Below, one piece after another: positions 8,457 to 16,812 of a DNA stretch of 26,319 nt (position 1 is the stretch's first letter; every line of letters starts with the position of its first letter). A program made the position numbers and the translations under genes. The DNA comes from Fibrobacterota bacterium (GTDB lineage Bacteria; Fibrobacterota; Fibrobacteria; UBA11236), in the NCBI GenBank assembly GCA_043753995.1, contig JAYUVP010000008.1, forward strand, positions 1 to 26,319, in the 5' to 3' direction. The notes beneath the pieces were generated by a model that made no database searches, was not told where the DNA came from, and saw only the letters and a list, made by a program, of their open reading frames with translations.

Positions 8457-9461
8457 ATGCGTGTTTCTCTACGCCAAGTAGACCATCGTCCGGTTCTCGC
8501 CTTGGAACGGAATGGCGACAGCGCGGCTTGGCATGTCACCGCCTGTGCAAGGCGGCTTTTGCAGGAAGGCAAAATAGCCGCAGCGGCCATACCGAATTTG
8601 GCGAATCCCTTGTATTCCGATGCGGAATTACTGTCCAATTTTTTGGGCATTGAACAGCTTTGGCAAGAACTGCAAACTGTGAATAAAGCCTTGCTCGAAA
8701 GTGCTTGGGCTTATGTGGACAATCTCGGCCTTCCCTCGGGCTCGCCTTATTTGCCGCTCATCGGCGCACCGCCCTTGCTTTTCGGGCTCGCAGGGAATTG
8801 CCCCATGACATGGAGGGCAAGCTCCACACCCATACCCGTCTATCCCGTGGGATATACCCGGACGCCGCATACGGTGACGGCCCATCAAGGCCGCGTGACT
8901 CTCCCCGCCGACGTCACCAGCTTTCGCTGCGCCGTGGAATTAGGCGTGATTCTAGGACGCAATGCCGAGCGCGTGCCGCGCGACAAGGCCTTGGACTATG
9001 TCGCCGGCTTTACTGTGGTGAATGACATGATTTCCAATCACTGGAAGGATTTCGCGTCTGCGCATCATCCTGAGCATAAGCCAACCTTTTTGGAATTGCT
9101 TGTCACCAGCTATTATGGCCGAGGCACGCGCGGTTTCGCTCCCATAGGCCCTGCCTTGGTTTCCCGCGATGAAGTCGGTAATCCCTATGACTTGATGATG
9201 TACTCGCGCATCAATGGCAAGACCTTGGATCGCTCGCATAGCAATGCCATGGTAGTGGGTATTGAGGCTGCCATAGAATACCTCAGCAGTTTCATGACCT
9301 TGCCCGCCGGATCGGTGCTGCATATGGGCACCATGGGCTTAGACGGAATCACCGTGGCGGGAGACAAAAAATTGTCTGAGGGCGATTGCGTCGAGTTGGA
9401 AATTGAAAAAGTCGGAAGCCTGCGCACTTATTTTCGCGATGAAAGAAGGAGCGCCTCATGA
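8457..9461 (+). CDS. Fumarylacetoacetate hydrolase (FAH) superfamily protein with atypical active site
   Basis: Motifs VELGVILG, DYVAGFTVVND, FAPIGPALV, YLSSFMTLPAGSVLHMGT and GDCVELEIEKVGSLRT. The ATG at 8457 is 1 nt after the MTase stop, so it is preferred over the track's 8262 start. Confidence 0.85.
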   Translation: MRVSLRQVDHRPVLALERNGDSAAWHVTACARRLLQEGKIAAAAIPNLANPLYSDAELLSNFLGIEQLWQELQTVNKALLESAWAYVDNLGLPSGSPYLPLIGAPPLLFGLAGNCPMTWRASSTPIPVYPVGYTRTPHTVTAHQGRVTLPADVTSFRCAVELGVILGRNAERVPRDKALDYVAGFTVVNDMISNHWKDFASAHHPEHKPTFLELLVTSYYGRGTRGFAPIGPALVSRDEVGNPYDLMMYSRINGKTLDRSHSNAMVVGIEAAIEYLSSFMTLPAGSVLHMGTMGLDGITVAGDKKLSEGDCVELEIEKVGSLRTYFRDERRSAS

Positions 9462-10087
9462 ATACTCTTTGGTTGCAGTTCGGGAATACCGCTTTGGCCC
9501 ATCAGCGTTTTCAAGTTCCGCGCCTGGATTATCCTCTGGCTTTCAATTTGCCCGGCCTTTCCTGGAAGGATGAGCCGACCTCATTGAGACTTCGTCATGG
9601 CTCGCGTTCTTATGAATTGCATGTCGATGTGGTGATGGAATTGGCGAAAGATTTGAATGGGGATCAGCCTGTTCTGGACGAGTCGCATATCGCGGGATTT
9701 CGACTCTGTCTCGGTTTATTCGACAAATCCTTTGCCGAGTCCCTGCCTTTGCCGAGCGTGAGAGATAGAGGCGTATGCGACTACTATGCCCGCTGGCCCG
9801 ATGCTTCGAATGCCCTGGGGCCTTTGTGGAAAATGAGTTGGGAAGAAATTCATCGCCAGCCACTGTCCCTAGCCTTGTCCGCCGGTCGCCAACAATGTCG
9901 CATTGAAACGGATTTAGAGCCGCTTGCAATGTTGAAATTCATGCAACCCTTCAATCAATTTTGTGCTGGAGATAGACTGTCTCTTGGCACTTTTTTGATT
10001 GCCGAATCGCCAATGAGCGGCAAGGTGCGTTTGGAATTAGGCACGCACTATTGGAATTTGGAAATCGCGGACGCGGCAAGCACGTGA
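9458..10087 (+). CDS. Hypothetical protein; probable degenerate FAH-fold paralog
   Basis: Overlaps both neighbours (ATGA at 9458, TGATG at 10085). Four blocks are collinear with the upstream FAH protein: HVDVVMELAK, HIAGF, YYAR...LGP and AGDRLSLGT. Confidence 0.7.
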   Translation: MNTLWLQFGNTALAHQRFQVPRLDYPLAFNLPGLSWKDEPTSLRLRHGSRSYELHVDVVMELAKDLNGDQPVLDESHIAGFRLCLGLFDKSFAESLPLPSVRDRGVCDYYARWPDASNALGPLWKMSWEEIHRQPLSLALSAGRQQCRIETDLEPLAMLKFMQPFNQFCAGDRLSLGTFLIAESPMSGKVRLELGTHYWNLEIADAAST

Positions 10088-10800
10088 TGGAAAGGCGCGC
10101 CATCGCCGTCATTCCCGCCCGTGGCGGATCGAAGCGGTTTCCTCGCAAGAATATGGCCTTGCTCGGCGGCCGACCGCTTTTGCAATGGACCCTGGAGGCG
10201 GCCTTAGCCAGTGAATGCTTTCATTCCATTATTGTCAGTAGCGATATGCCCGAAGCTTTGGAATTGGCGGGCCAATACGGAAATGCGGTTCGCGCCATGG
10301 CCAGGCCCGGTAATCTCGCGGGCGATACAGCCACAACACCTCAAGTCGTGGCGGATTTGGCCCGCAGGGAGCAATGGGTGGAGCATGACTATAGCGAAGT
10401 CTGCCTGTTATTACCCACCGCACCCTTGCGCACGTCTACTTCTATAGTCCAGGGGCGTGAATGCTTGACTGAAACATTGGATAGCGTGGTGGCCATGTCT
10501 GCTTATGGCGTGCCACCTGAGTGGGCATTCCGCTCGAATGCGGATGGTCATTGGGAAAAAGTGATGGCCGATTCCGGTTTAGCTCAAGGCCGTACGCGCA
10601 CACAAGGTCTTGCACCCGCCTACCATCCCAACGGAGCTTTCTATTGGGGTTGGTTACCGGCTTTTCTCGCTTCCGGCTCTTTTTTTTCAGGACGAATGCA
10701 CGGTTTCGTTTTGCCCATGGCCGAAGGATTGGACATCGATTACCCGGAAGATTTAGCCATGGCGGAAGGTTTATTGCATTGGCGCCAAGCCTTACCTTAA
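10087..10800 (+). CDS. neuA: CMP-nonulosonic acid synthetase (NeuA/LegF/PseF-family acylneuraminate cytidylyltransferase)
   Basis: Motifs AVIPARGGSKRFPRKN, VSSD, RP..LAGD, LLPTAPLR, NGAFY and LDIDYPED. TGATG coupling with the upstream gene. Confidence 0.92.
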   Translation: MERRAIAVIPARGGSKRFPRKNMALLGGRPLLQWTLEAALASECFHSIIVSSDMPEALELAGQYGNAVRAMARPGNLAGDTATTPQVVADLARREQWVEHDYSEVCLLLPTAPLRTSTSIVQGRECLTETLDSVVAMSAYGVPPEWAFRSNADGHWEKVMADSGLAQGRTRTQGLAPAYHPNGAFYWGWLPAFLASGSFFSGRMHGFVLPMAEGLDIDYPEDLAMAEGLLHWRQALP

Positions 10801-10815
10801 CAAGACCTTAGCCAT

Positions 10816-11550
10816 TTAAATCAATTCAAAACCCAGCAGCACCGATTTGGCGAAACCCTGATTGGTGTATTCGTAGGGGTGACGCCAATTTTCCATGGCC
10901 TTGACCTTCATGCCGCATTCTGGCGCCAAGGTCTGAAAAAAATCCAGCGCATAATACCAGTTATGCAATTGCTTTTGCACTATGCCCTGATCGATTCGGG
11001 ATATTGAAGCGTAAAAAATAGAATCACCGTGCATGAAGCGTTTCAAGTTTCCAAGAATGTCGCGAATGACATCCGGAGGGCAATGGGTGAAAACAGACTG
11101 GGCCCAAATCACGTCGAAAGTCAGCCCTTCGATGGCCTGGAGAGATCCATTGGGGATGTGATGCAAAACCGGTCCACGCTTATGCAGTCCTTCTCTTTGC
11201 AAAATATCCCAGGCCACTTGTATGGACTTTTCGGAAATATCCACTCCCACGTATTTTTGTGGCTGCAAATAATCAATCACGTATTTGCCGGCCGAGGCGG
11301 TGCCGCATCCATAATCGAGAAAACGATGCTTCTGGGATAATCCATTGCGCACCAGCCAGTCGATTTGAAAACGGCGATCGGTTTTTTCCCAGGTGTCTGG
11401 ATCGGCCGTGATAATATTGTCCTGCCTTTCCGCATAGAATTGCACGTAGGCCGCATCGCCGGGGGCCTTTTGGCGATTCAGAAGTTGCTGATCGGCTTCG
11501 AGGGCTTCAGGATTTTCAACTATGCGATCGATGGCATAATTCAGGCGCAT
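10816..11550 (-). CDS. Class I SAM-dependent methyltransferase
   Basis: FLDYGCGTASAG (motif I), YVGVDIS (motif II) and FDVIWAQSVFTH. SD GGAG just upstream of the start. Confidence 0.87.
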   Translation of the reverse strand: MRLNYAIDRIVENPEALEADQQLLNRQKAPGDAAYVQFYAERQDNIITADPDTWEKTDRRFQIDWLVRNGLSQKHRFLDYGCGTASAGKYVIDYLQPQKYVGVDISEKSIQVAWDILQREGLHKRGPVLHHIPNGSLQAIEGLTFDVIWAQSVFTHCPPDVIRDILGNLKRFMHGDSIFYASISRIDQGIVQKQLHNWYYALDFFQTLAPECGMKVKAMENWRHPYEYTNQGFAKSVLLGFELI

Positions 11551-11561
11551 GATAGCTCCGA

Positions 11562-12377
11562 TTAAGCGAGTTGAAGGTCTAGGGGAATGGCCTCGGCGTT
11601 TTTCATGAAAGCCATGCTGCTTTCCTTACCCGCCATGTGCCGGAAATAATCGACATAGGCCGGGACATGGCGGTCACGCGCCATGGCTTTCAGGGAAATC
11701 AGAAATTTTCGGGGAATGCGGGGGTCGCGTGGCGGCTCTGCCAGGTATAGATTGTCCATGGGTCCGAGCAGGGAAGGCCAGGTTGCGGCATGATTGAGGC
11801 GCACATCGAATACGATCAAGTCTCCAGCGCGGCTCGGAACGCGATGAGTGCGTTCCTTATCATAGGTCGATTCTCCCAGGCGGACCTTGCCTGATCCAAG
11901 GTCCTGTTCGCCATATCCATGTTGATCGGCTTCAAGATGGGAGCCCGGCACGACGCTGATGCCTCCGCCCAATTCTTCAGAATTATCTTGCAAATAAAAA
12001 ATTACCGTGGCCGCGCGAAAATCATGGGCGCGCTGAAATACAAAGCCTTCCTTTTCCTGTCCATGAATGTCTTTATGCCATCCGGAGTAACGTCGATCAC
12101 AAAGACTATTGGAGGGCAGTAAAACCATGTCAGTGCCGAATATCGAAGCAAGGCGCTGCCTCACGCCCCATTGCAAGATGGCATGCTTCAAAAGTGAATA
12201 ACGCTCCAGTGGTTCACAACGAACATAGCGCGTATCTCCCTTGCTTTCCTCCGGAGGCACTTGATCGAAAACCTCTTCGGCCAGTCGGCGTAATCGATCC
12301 ACCTCATAAGGCGATAAAACGCCAGGGAAAAGCACAAAACCGTCTTGATCGAAGGCGGAACGGGCATCAAGGCTCAT
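11562..12377 (-). CDS. Phytanoyl-CoA dioxygenase (PhyH) family Fe(II)/2-oxoglutarate oxygenase
   Basis: FDQDGFVLFPGVLS..EV N-terminus, WHKD (HxD), YLQD...GGISVVPGSH and AGDLIVFD.RLNHAA (distal His). SD GGAG before the ATG at 12377. Confidence 0.85.
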   Translation of the reverse strand: MSLDARSAFDQDGFVLFPGVLSPYEVDRLRRLAEEVFDQVPPEESKGDTRYVRCEPLERYSLLKHAILQWGVRQRLASIFGTDMVLLPSNSLCDRRYSGWHKDIHGQEKEGFVFQRAHDFRAATVIFYLQDNSEELGGGISVVPGSHLEADQHGYGEQDLGSGKVRLGESTYDKERTHRVPSRAGDLIVFDVRLNHAATWPSLLGPMDNLYLAEPPRDPRIPRKFLISLKAMARDRHVPAYVDYFRHMAGKESSMAFMKNAEAIPLDLQLA

Positions 12378-12437
12378 GGCAGACTCCAGCAAGGCTTTCC
12401 GTGGCTATCGGCTTTTCATAACTCTAGCTTGAGCCTT

Positions 12438-14642
12438 TTATAGAGGCATCCCGCGGCCAGCTAATATGGGGTCGAGACGGCGGGTAGGGGAGTGCAATCG
12501 CAACATATCTCGATAGGCTTCACGATCCGGTAATTCATGTCGACTGCGGCCTTCGAGAACCCGCAAAATATCGCCGTCATTGGCGACCTTTTCCCAGGCC
12601 GAGGTGGCGGGATTGAACAATTTGATGACGCGTGCCGGGGTACCCGCGACCACGCTAAAGGGTGGCACGTCTTCTAAAACAACGCTATTGGCAGCCACCA
12701 CGGAGCCACGACCAATCACCAAATTACCACTCACCACGGTATTGATGCCTAGCCAGCAATTTTCCTCCACCGTGATACACCGGCCTAAAGTGGCACCTTG
12801 ATCCATGTAAGGTCGGTAAATATCGGTGAAGACATGATCGGCGTCGGAGACATAGACCCTAGGCGCGAATAAGCAATAGTCACCAATTTCCAAATCACCA
12901 CCGGTGGAAATCATGCCATTGCGGCCTATCAAGACGCAGCGGCCGATGCGCAGGCGTTTACGACCGTCGCGTTCACATACATTGACCCAACTGTGATCGC
13001 CAATGCAGCTTCCTTCCCCAATTTCGGTTTCACGCAATCCAAGTATTTGCACACCGTCCCCGAAACTCACGGTTGGGAACTGGGATTCCCAAGCGGGTCG
13101 GGTTGCCGTCGAGGCATTTGATGAGGAGGGTGGAAGCGCGGTCATGCGGGGAGCCTGGGTTAAGGACGATTGGTGTTGCAACCAGGCCACTGGAATATCC
13201 TCCCAAAGGCCATGGCAAAGTCGCTGAAATCCAGTATCTGAAAGGACTTGTCTGAAATCACGCTTGACCCAGGCCTCAAAGGCTTCCGGCATGCCGGTGA
13301 CCTCAGTGAAGACGCGATTATGCACTTGACTGAAGTAATACTGCAGCCAGGCGGCTTCGGTGTCGACTTGAATCAAGTCTTGAGAGGAAATACCCAGGGC
13401 TCGATCAATGGCTCGCCAATAATCAGATTGAGATTCTGCCCGGATTACGCCTGGTAAATCCGAATAATAAACCGGGCAATCCAAGGCCACGGGACGGCCA
13501 AGACAAAGAGCTTCTAAACCGACCGTACTGGTCGAAGGCAAAACGAGTTTTGCCTGCCTTAAGAGGTCATAGGTGTTGATGGCTTCTTCGGCGGCGATGA
13601 ATCGAAATCGAGGATGGGTTCCATGAGCCGCGGCAAGCGATGCGCGCAGGGGATTGAGATAGCTGAATTTCGATTCCCATAGACTTTCTCGGGGATGTTG
13701 GCGCACGGCTACGGTAGCCTGGGTATGTCGTAGCAAATACGTTACCGTTGCTTCAGCCCATTCTTTACCGTCGCGGAAGGCCGTATGGCGGCCAAGTGCT
13801 GCGGTATCCCATGGCACATTCAAGGGCAGCACAACATCCCATCGGCCCTGCACCGGATGAAGACCGCTGGCGGCTTTTTGAAATCGAAATGCATCGTCTC
13901 CGCTTTCCCGTTTGGCGAATTCAAGTCGGCCAATCGCGGCGAATTTTGCCTTTTCCTCGGGGGTGAGGTCCGTGGCCCTTTCTTTCCAAAGGCGACCGAT
14001 ATCTTCTAGGTGTCCCGCAATTCCACGAGAGCCGCCAATTATGAATCCCGGGCCGCAATCGTAGGTAGCGACGCGAAGACCTTTTTGGCGGCCCAGGCGA
14101 AGCCATAATCCGGTGCCGCCATTGAGACCTCCCGGCACCAGCAAGGTGCCTCGCAAGCCTTCTAGAGTGGCCGCAATAAGCGGAGCCTGCCTTTGAAAGC
14201 CTGCCAAAAAACTATCGGCCAAGGGTCCATCCCCTGATGCGGATCCGGCTCCTCGTTCTTTCCATATGGCATTCCATCGAGATAAATCACGCCAATCCAT
14301 GGAATCCAAACCTTGGGCGGGCGCGGCATATTGGGAGACGCGTCGCCATGGCAATTCGGATTGTAAAATCGGTAACAAAGTGGCGATGGCCTGATTTTCT
14401 GCCTCCGGACTTTGACCAGGATGCCAGGCGCAGTCATCCCATATCAAATAAACCGGCCGGCCTTGGTGTCGAGCTGCGATAGCGATGAGCAAAGAAAAAA
14501 AAGGAATCGGCGTACCGTGCCAAGGCGTTATCAGGACATGCAGGGGTGCGAATCGGGTCTGCACCGGCTGGGCGCCTGTCCAGAGGCCTTGGCCCAAGAA
14601 AGCGCGAAAAGCGCGGGACATATCGGAAAACGAAGCATTCAT
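12438..14642 (-). CDS. Fusion protein: capsule-synthesis/KpsS-like GT-B domain plus C-terminal hexapeptide (LbH) acyltransferase
   Basis: The N-terminal part has VRQHPRE, INTYDLL and TSTVGLEALCLGRPV (capsule-synthesis-like C-terminal lobe). A Ser/Pro linker lies at about 13090-13170. The C-terminal part has hexapeptide repeats, DADH, WLG and DVPPFSVVAGTPARVIK. Confidence 0.78.
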   Translation of the reverse strand: MNASFSDMSRAFRAFLGQGLWTGAQPVQTRFAPLHVLITPWHGTPIPFFSLLIAIAARHQGRPVYLIWDDCAWHPGQSPEAENQAIATLLPILQSELPWRRVSQYAAPAQGLDSMDWRDLSRWNAIWKERGAGSASGDGPLADSFLAGFQRQAPLIAATLEGLRGTLLVPGGLNGGTGLWLRLGRQKGLRVATYDCGPGFIIGGSRGIAGHLEDIGRLWKERATDLTPEEKAKFAAIGRLEFAKRESGDDAFRFQKAASGLHPVQGRWDVVLPLNVPWDTAALGRHTAFRDGKEWAEATVTYLLRHTQATVAVRQHPRESLWESKFSYLNPLRASLAAAHGTHPRFRFIAAEEAINTYDLLRQAKLVLPSTSTVGLEALCLGRPVALDCPVYYSDLPGVIRAESQSDYWRAIDRALGISSQDLIQVDTEAAWLQYYFSQVHNRVFTEVTGMPEAFEAWVKRDFRQVLSDTGFQRLCHGLWEDIPVAWLQHQSSLTQAPRMTALPPSSSNASTATRPAWESQFPTVSFGDGVQILGLRETEIGEGSCIGDHSWVNVCERDGRKRLRIGRCVLIGRNGMISTGGDLEIGDYCLFAPRVYVSDADHVFTDIYRPYMDQGATLGRCITVEENCWLGINTVVSGNLVIGRGSVVAANSVVLEDVPPFSVVAGTPARVIKLFNPATSAWEKVANDGDILRVLEGRSRHELPDREAYRDMLRLHSPTRRLDPILAGRGMPL

Positions 14643-14774
14643 GCGTTAAATCCCATGCTGGGATTCTAGGACGCTGGGCCAGGGAATTTCAAGGCAGTCG
14701 AATCCAGGCACAAGACATTTGCATGCAGGCCTCATGGCATTCGATAATGCAATGGAAACTCGAAAGGATAGCGC
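14643..14774. promoter_or_regulatory. Divergent promoter region between the minus-strand trio and the TPR/GT operon
   Basis: 132-bp gap between divergent starts. Possible sigma70-like TTGCAT(14719)-N18-GATAAT(14743) on the + strand. Inverted repeats at 14649-14665 and 14733-14754. Confidence 0.45.
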
Positions 14775-15815
14775 ATGGATGAGGCCAATGCCCTAAAACA
14801 GGCCCTAGCCTTGATGGAGGCCGGACGCTTTGCCGAGGCTTTAACGGCTTTGGAAGAGGCGGAAACCCGATTAGGTCGCAACGAAGACCTTCGTTATGCC
14901 CGTGCTCTTGCCCTCATGCAATTGGATAAAAAACACGAGGCACGGGCTGTCTTGCAAGACGTGCTTGAAAAGAAACCATCGCATCGTCTAGCCTCCGAAA
15001 CCTTGGCCTCTATGCCCAAAACCGGAGAAGCCTCCGCCTGGGTTCCTCGTCCTGCCGCGGTGGCTCTACCTTTTGCTGCCACGACTTTGCCAAACCATCG
15101 CATGACGGGGCCTTATGGCGTCGTCGCCCCGAATCCATTGACCCTCCTAGCCTATGCCTTATCCGACGAGGCTTGGAATGAAATCCTGAGTTTTCATTCC
15201 CTGCTGGCCACGGACGAATATGTGAAAGGAGTCGATGCCTATTATCGCGAGTGTCGTAGCCGTTACGGGAAACATTGGCATTACCTCGACGCCGTAAATA
15301 CCCTGTATGCCGCCGCGAAATTGATTAAGCCAGAACATTATTTGGAAATTGGTGTTCGGCGCGGCCGTTCGGCCTGCACCGTTGCGCGGGCCTGCCCTGA
15401 TGTCACCCTTCACGCCTTTGACATGTGGATTCAGGGTTATGCGGGTATGGACAATCCCGGTCCGGCCTTTGTGCGTCAGGAATTACAGAAACATGGGCAT
15501 CGCGGACAAGTGACCTTCACCGACGGCGACAGCCATCGCACTGTACCGGAATACCTGGCTCGGAATCCGAATTTGCAATTCGATCTTGTTCTGGTGGACG
15601 GCGATCACAGCGAAGACGGAGCCTATGACGATTTGCGAAATGTGCTTCCGCGAATACGAAGTGGAGGCATGGTGATTTTCGACGACATCACCCATCCCGC
15701 GCATCCTTATTTGCTCAAGGTTTGGCGCAAGGCCATGGATGCCCATCCTGGTTTCATGGCCCACGAATTCACGGAGTCAGGATATGGCATTGCCTTCGCC
15801 GTCAAAAAAGGCTAA
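14775..15815 (+). CDS. TPR-domain class I SAM methyltransferase (Methyltransf_24-like)
   Basis: About 80 N-terminal aa are TPR-like (AGRFAEALTALEEA; YARALALMQLDKKHEARAVLQDVL..P). Then YLEIGVRRGRSA, FDMW, FDLVLVDGDHS and GGMVIFDD. SD AAGGA. Confidence 0.85.
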   Translation: MDEANALKQALALMEAGRFAEALTALEEAETRLGRNEDLRYARALALMQLDKKHEARAVLQDVLEKKPSHRLASETLASMPKTGEASAWVPRPAAVALPFAATTLPNHRMTGPYGVVAPNPLTLLAYALSDEAWNEILSFHSLLATDEYVKGVDAYYRECRSRYGKHWHYLDAVNTLYAAAKLIKPEHYLEIGVRRGRSACTVARACPDVTLHAFDMWIQGYAGMDNPGPAFVRQELQKHGHRGQVTFTDGDSHRTVPEYLARNPNLQFDLVLVDGDHSEDGAYDDLRNVLPRIRSGGMVIFDDITHPAHPYLLKVWRKAMDAHPGFMAHEFTESGYGIAFAVKKG

Positions 15816-16812
15816 GGCCTCACCCGGTCGAATTCTGGTCACTGGCGCGGGCGGCTTTCTTGGTTCGCATATTTGCCGACATTTCGGAAAAAAGGGCTGG
15901 CAGGTCGCCGCCGTGGGCCGATTTCATGCCACCTTGAGTTTAGCGGAGTCTTATCCCAATCTCGTGATTTTGGGCGGCATGACCCTTCCCGATGCGGCGT
16001 TCACTCGATTGGTTGCACAATTCCAACCGCATTTGGTGATTCACGCCGCAGGCACGGCTTCGGTGGGTGATTCGGTGAAAGAACCCTATGGTGATTTTCA
16101 AAGGACGGTGGATGTCTGCGCCTTTACCTTGGAAACCTTACGTAGGCATGCTCCTGGCGCGCATTTCATTTTACTCTCCAGCGCTTCCATCTACGGTAAT
16201 CCCGAATCCCTGCCCATTGGTGAAGGCGCTGCGATAAAGCCAATATCCCCGTACGGATTTCACAAGGTCATGTGTGAGGATTTGGTGCGCGAATACCAAA
16301 CCCTGCATGGATTGACCACCACCTGTGCCCGTATTTTTTCGGCCTATGGCGAGGGCTTGCATAAGCAAATCGTACATGACTTATGCGCCAAGCTTTTGGT
16401 GGCAAAGGAAAGAGTCATTGAATTGCATGGGACCGGTGAAGAGAGCCGTGATTTCATAAACGGAAAGGACGTAGCCTATGCCTTGGAAATCATTCATCAC
16501 CAAAAAGCCAATGGCATATTCAATCTCGGCAGCGGTCAAGAAACCACAATTCGTGATTTAGCCCAACTCGTGATAAAGGTCTTACGCGTCGATAAAGTCA
16601 TACAATTCAATGGGAAAGTTCGCCCAGGGGATCCTTTGCAATGGCGCGCCGACATTAGTGCCTTAAGTCAATTGGGATATGTAACACAAATATCACTTGC
16701 GCAAGGTGTGAAAGCCTATGCCTCCTGGTATCAACAGCAAGCGCGTGAAATGTCGACTTCGGAGAGTTGGGTTCCCGCTCCAGCAGCGCGCGTTTACGAG
16801 GTGCATGGATGA
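15784..16812 (+). CDS. NAD-dependent nucleotide-sugar epimerase/dehydratase (extended SDR)
   Basis: Motifs ILVTGAGGFLG, HAAG, SSASIYG, YGFHK (YxxxK), RIFSAYG, GTGEESRDFI and FNLGSG. Start placed at ATG 15784 after GGAG/AGGA. Confidence 0.88.
   Translation: MALPSPSKKAKASPGRILVTGAGGFLGSHICRHFGKKGWQVAAVGRFHATLSLAESYPNLVILGGMTLPDAAFTRLVAQFQPHLVIHAAGTASVGDSVKEPYGDFQRTVDVCAFTLETLRRHAPGAHFILLSSASIYGNPESLPIGEGAAIKPISPYGFHKVMCEDLVREYQTLHGLTTTCARIFSAYGEGLHKQIVHDLCAKLLVAKERVIELHGTGEESRDFINGKDVAYALEIIHHQKANGIFNLGSGQETTIRDLAQLVIKVLRVDKVIQFNGKVRPGDPLQWRADISALSQLGYVTQISLAQGVKAYASWYQQQAREMSTSESWVPAPAARVYEVHG

Noticed and set aside
14706..14750. Sigma54-like GGCA...TGC elements (GG 14707/GC 14721; GG 14736/GC 14749)
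   Set aside because: The spacings are 12 and 11 nt rather than the strict GG-N10-GC.
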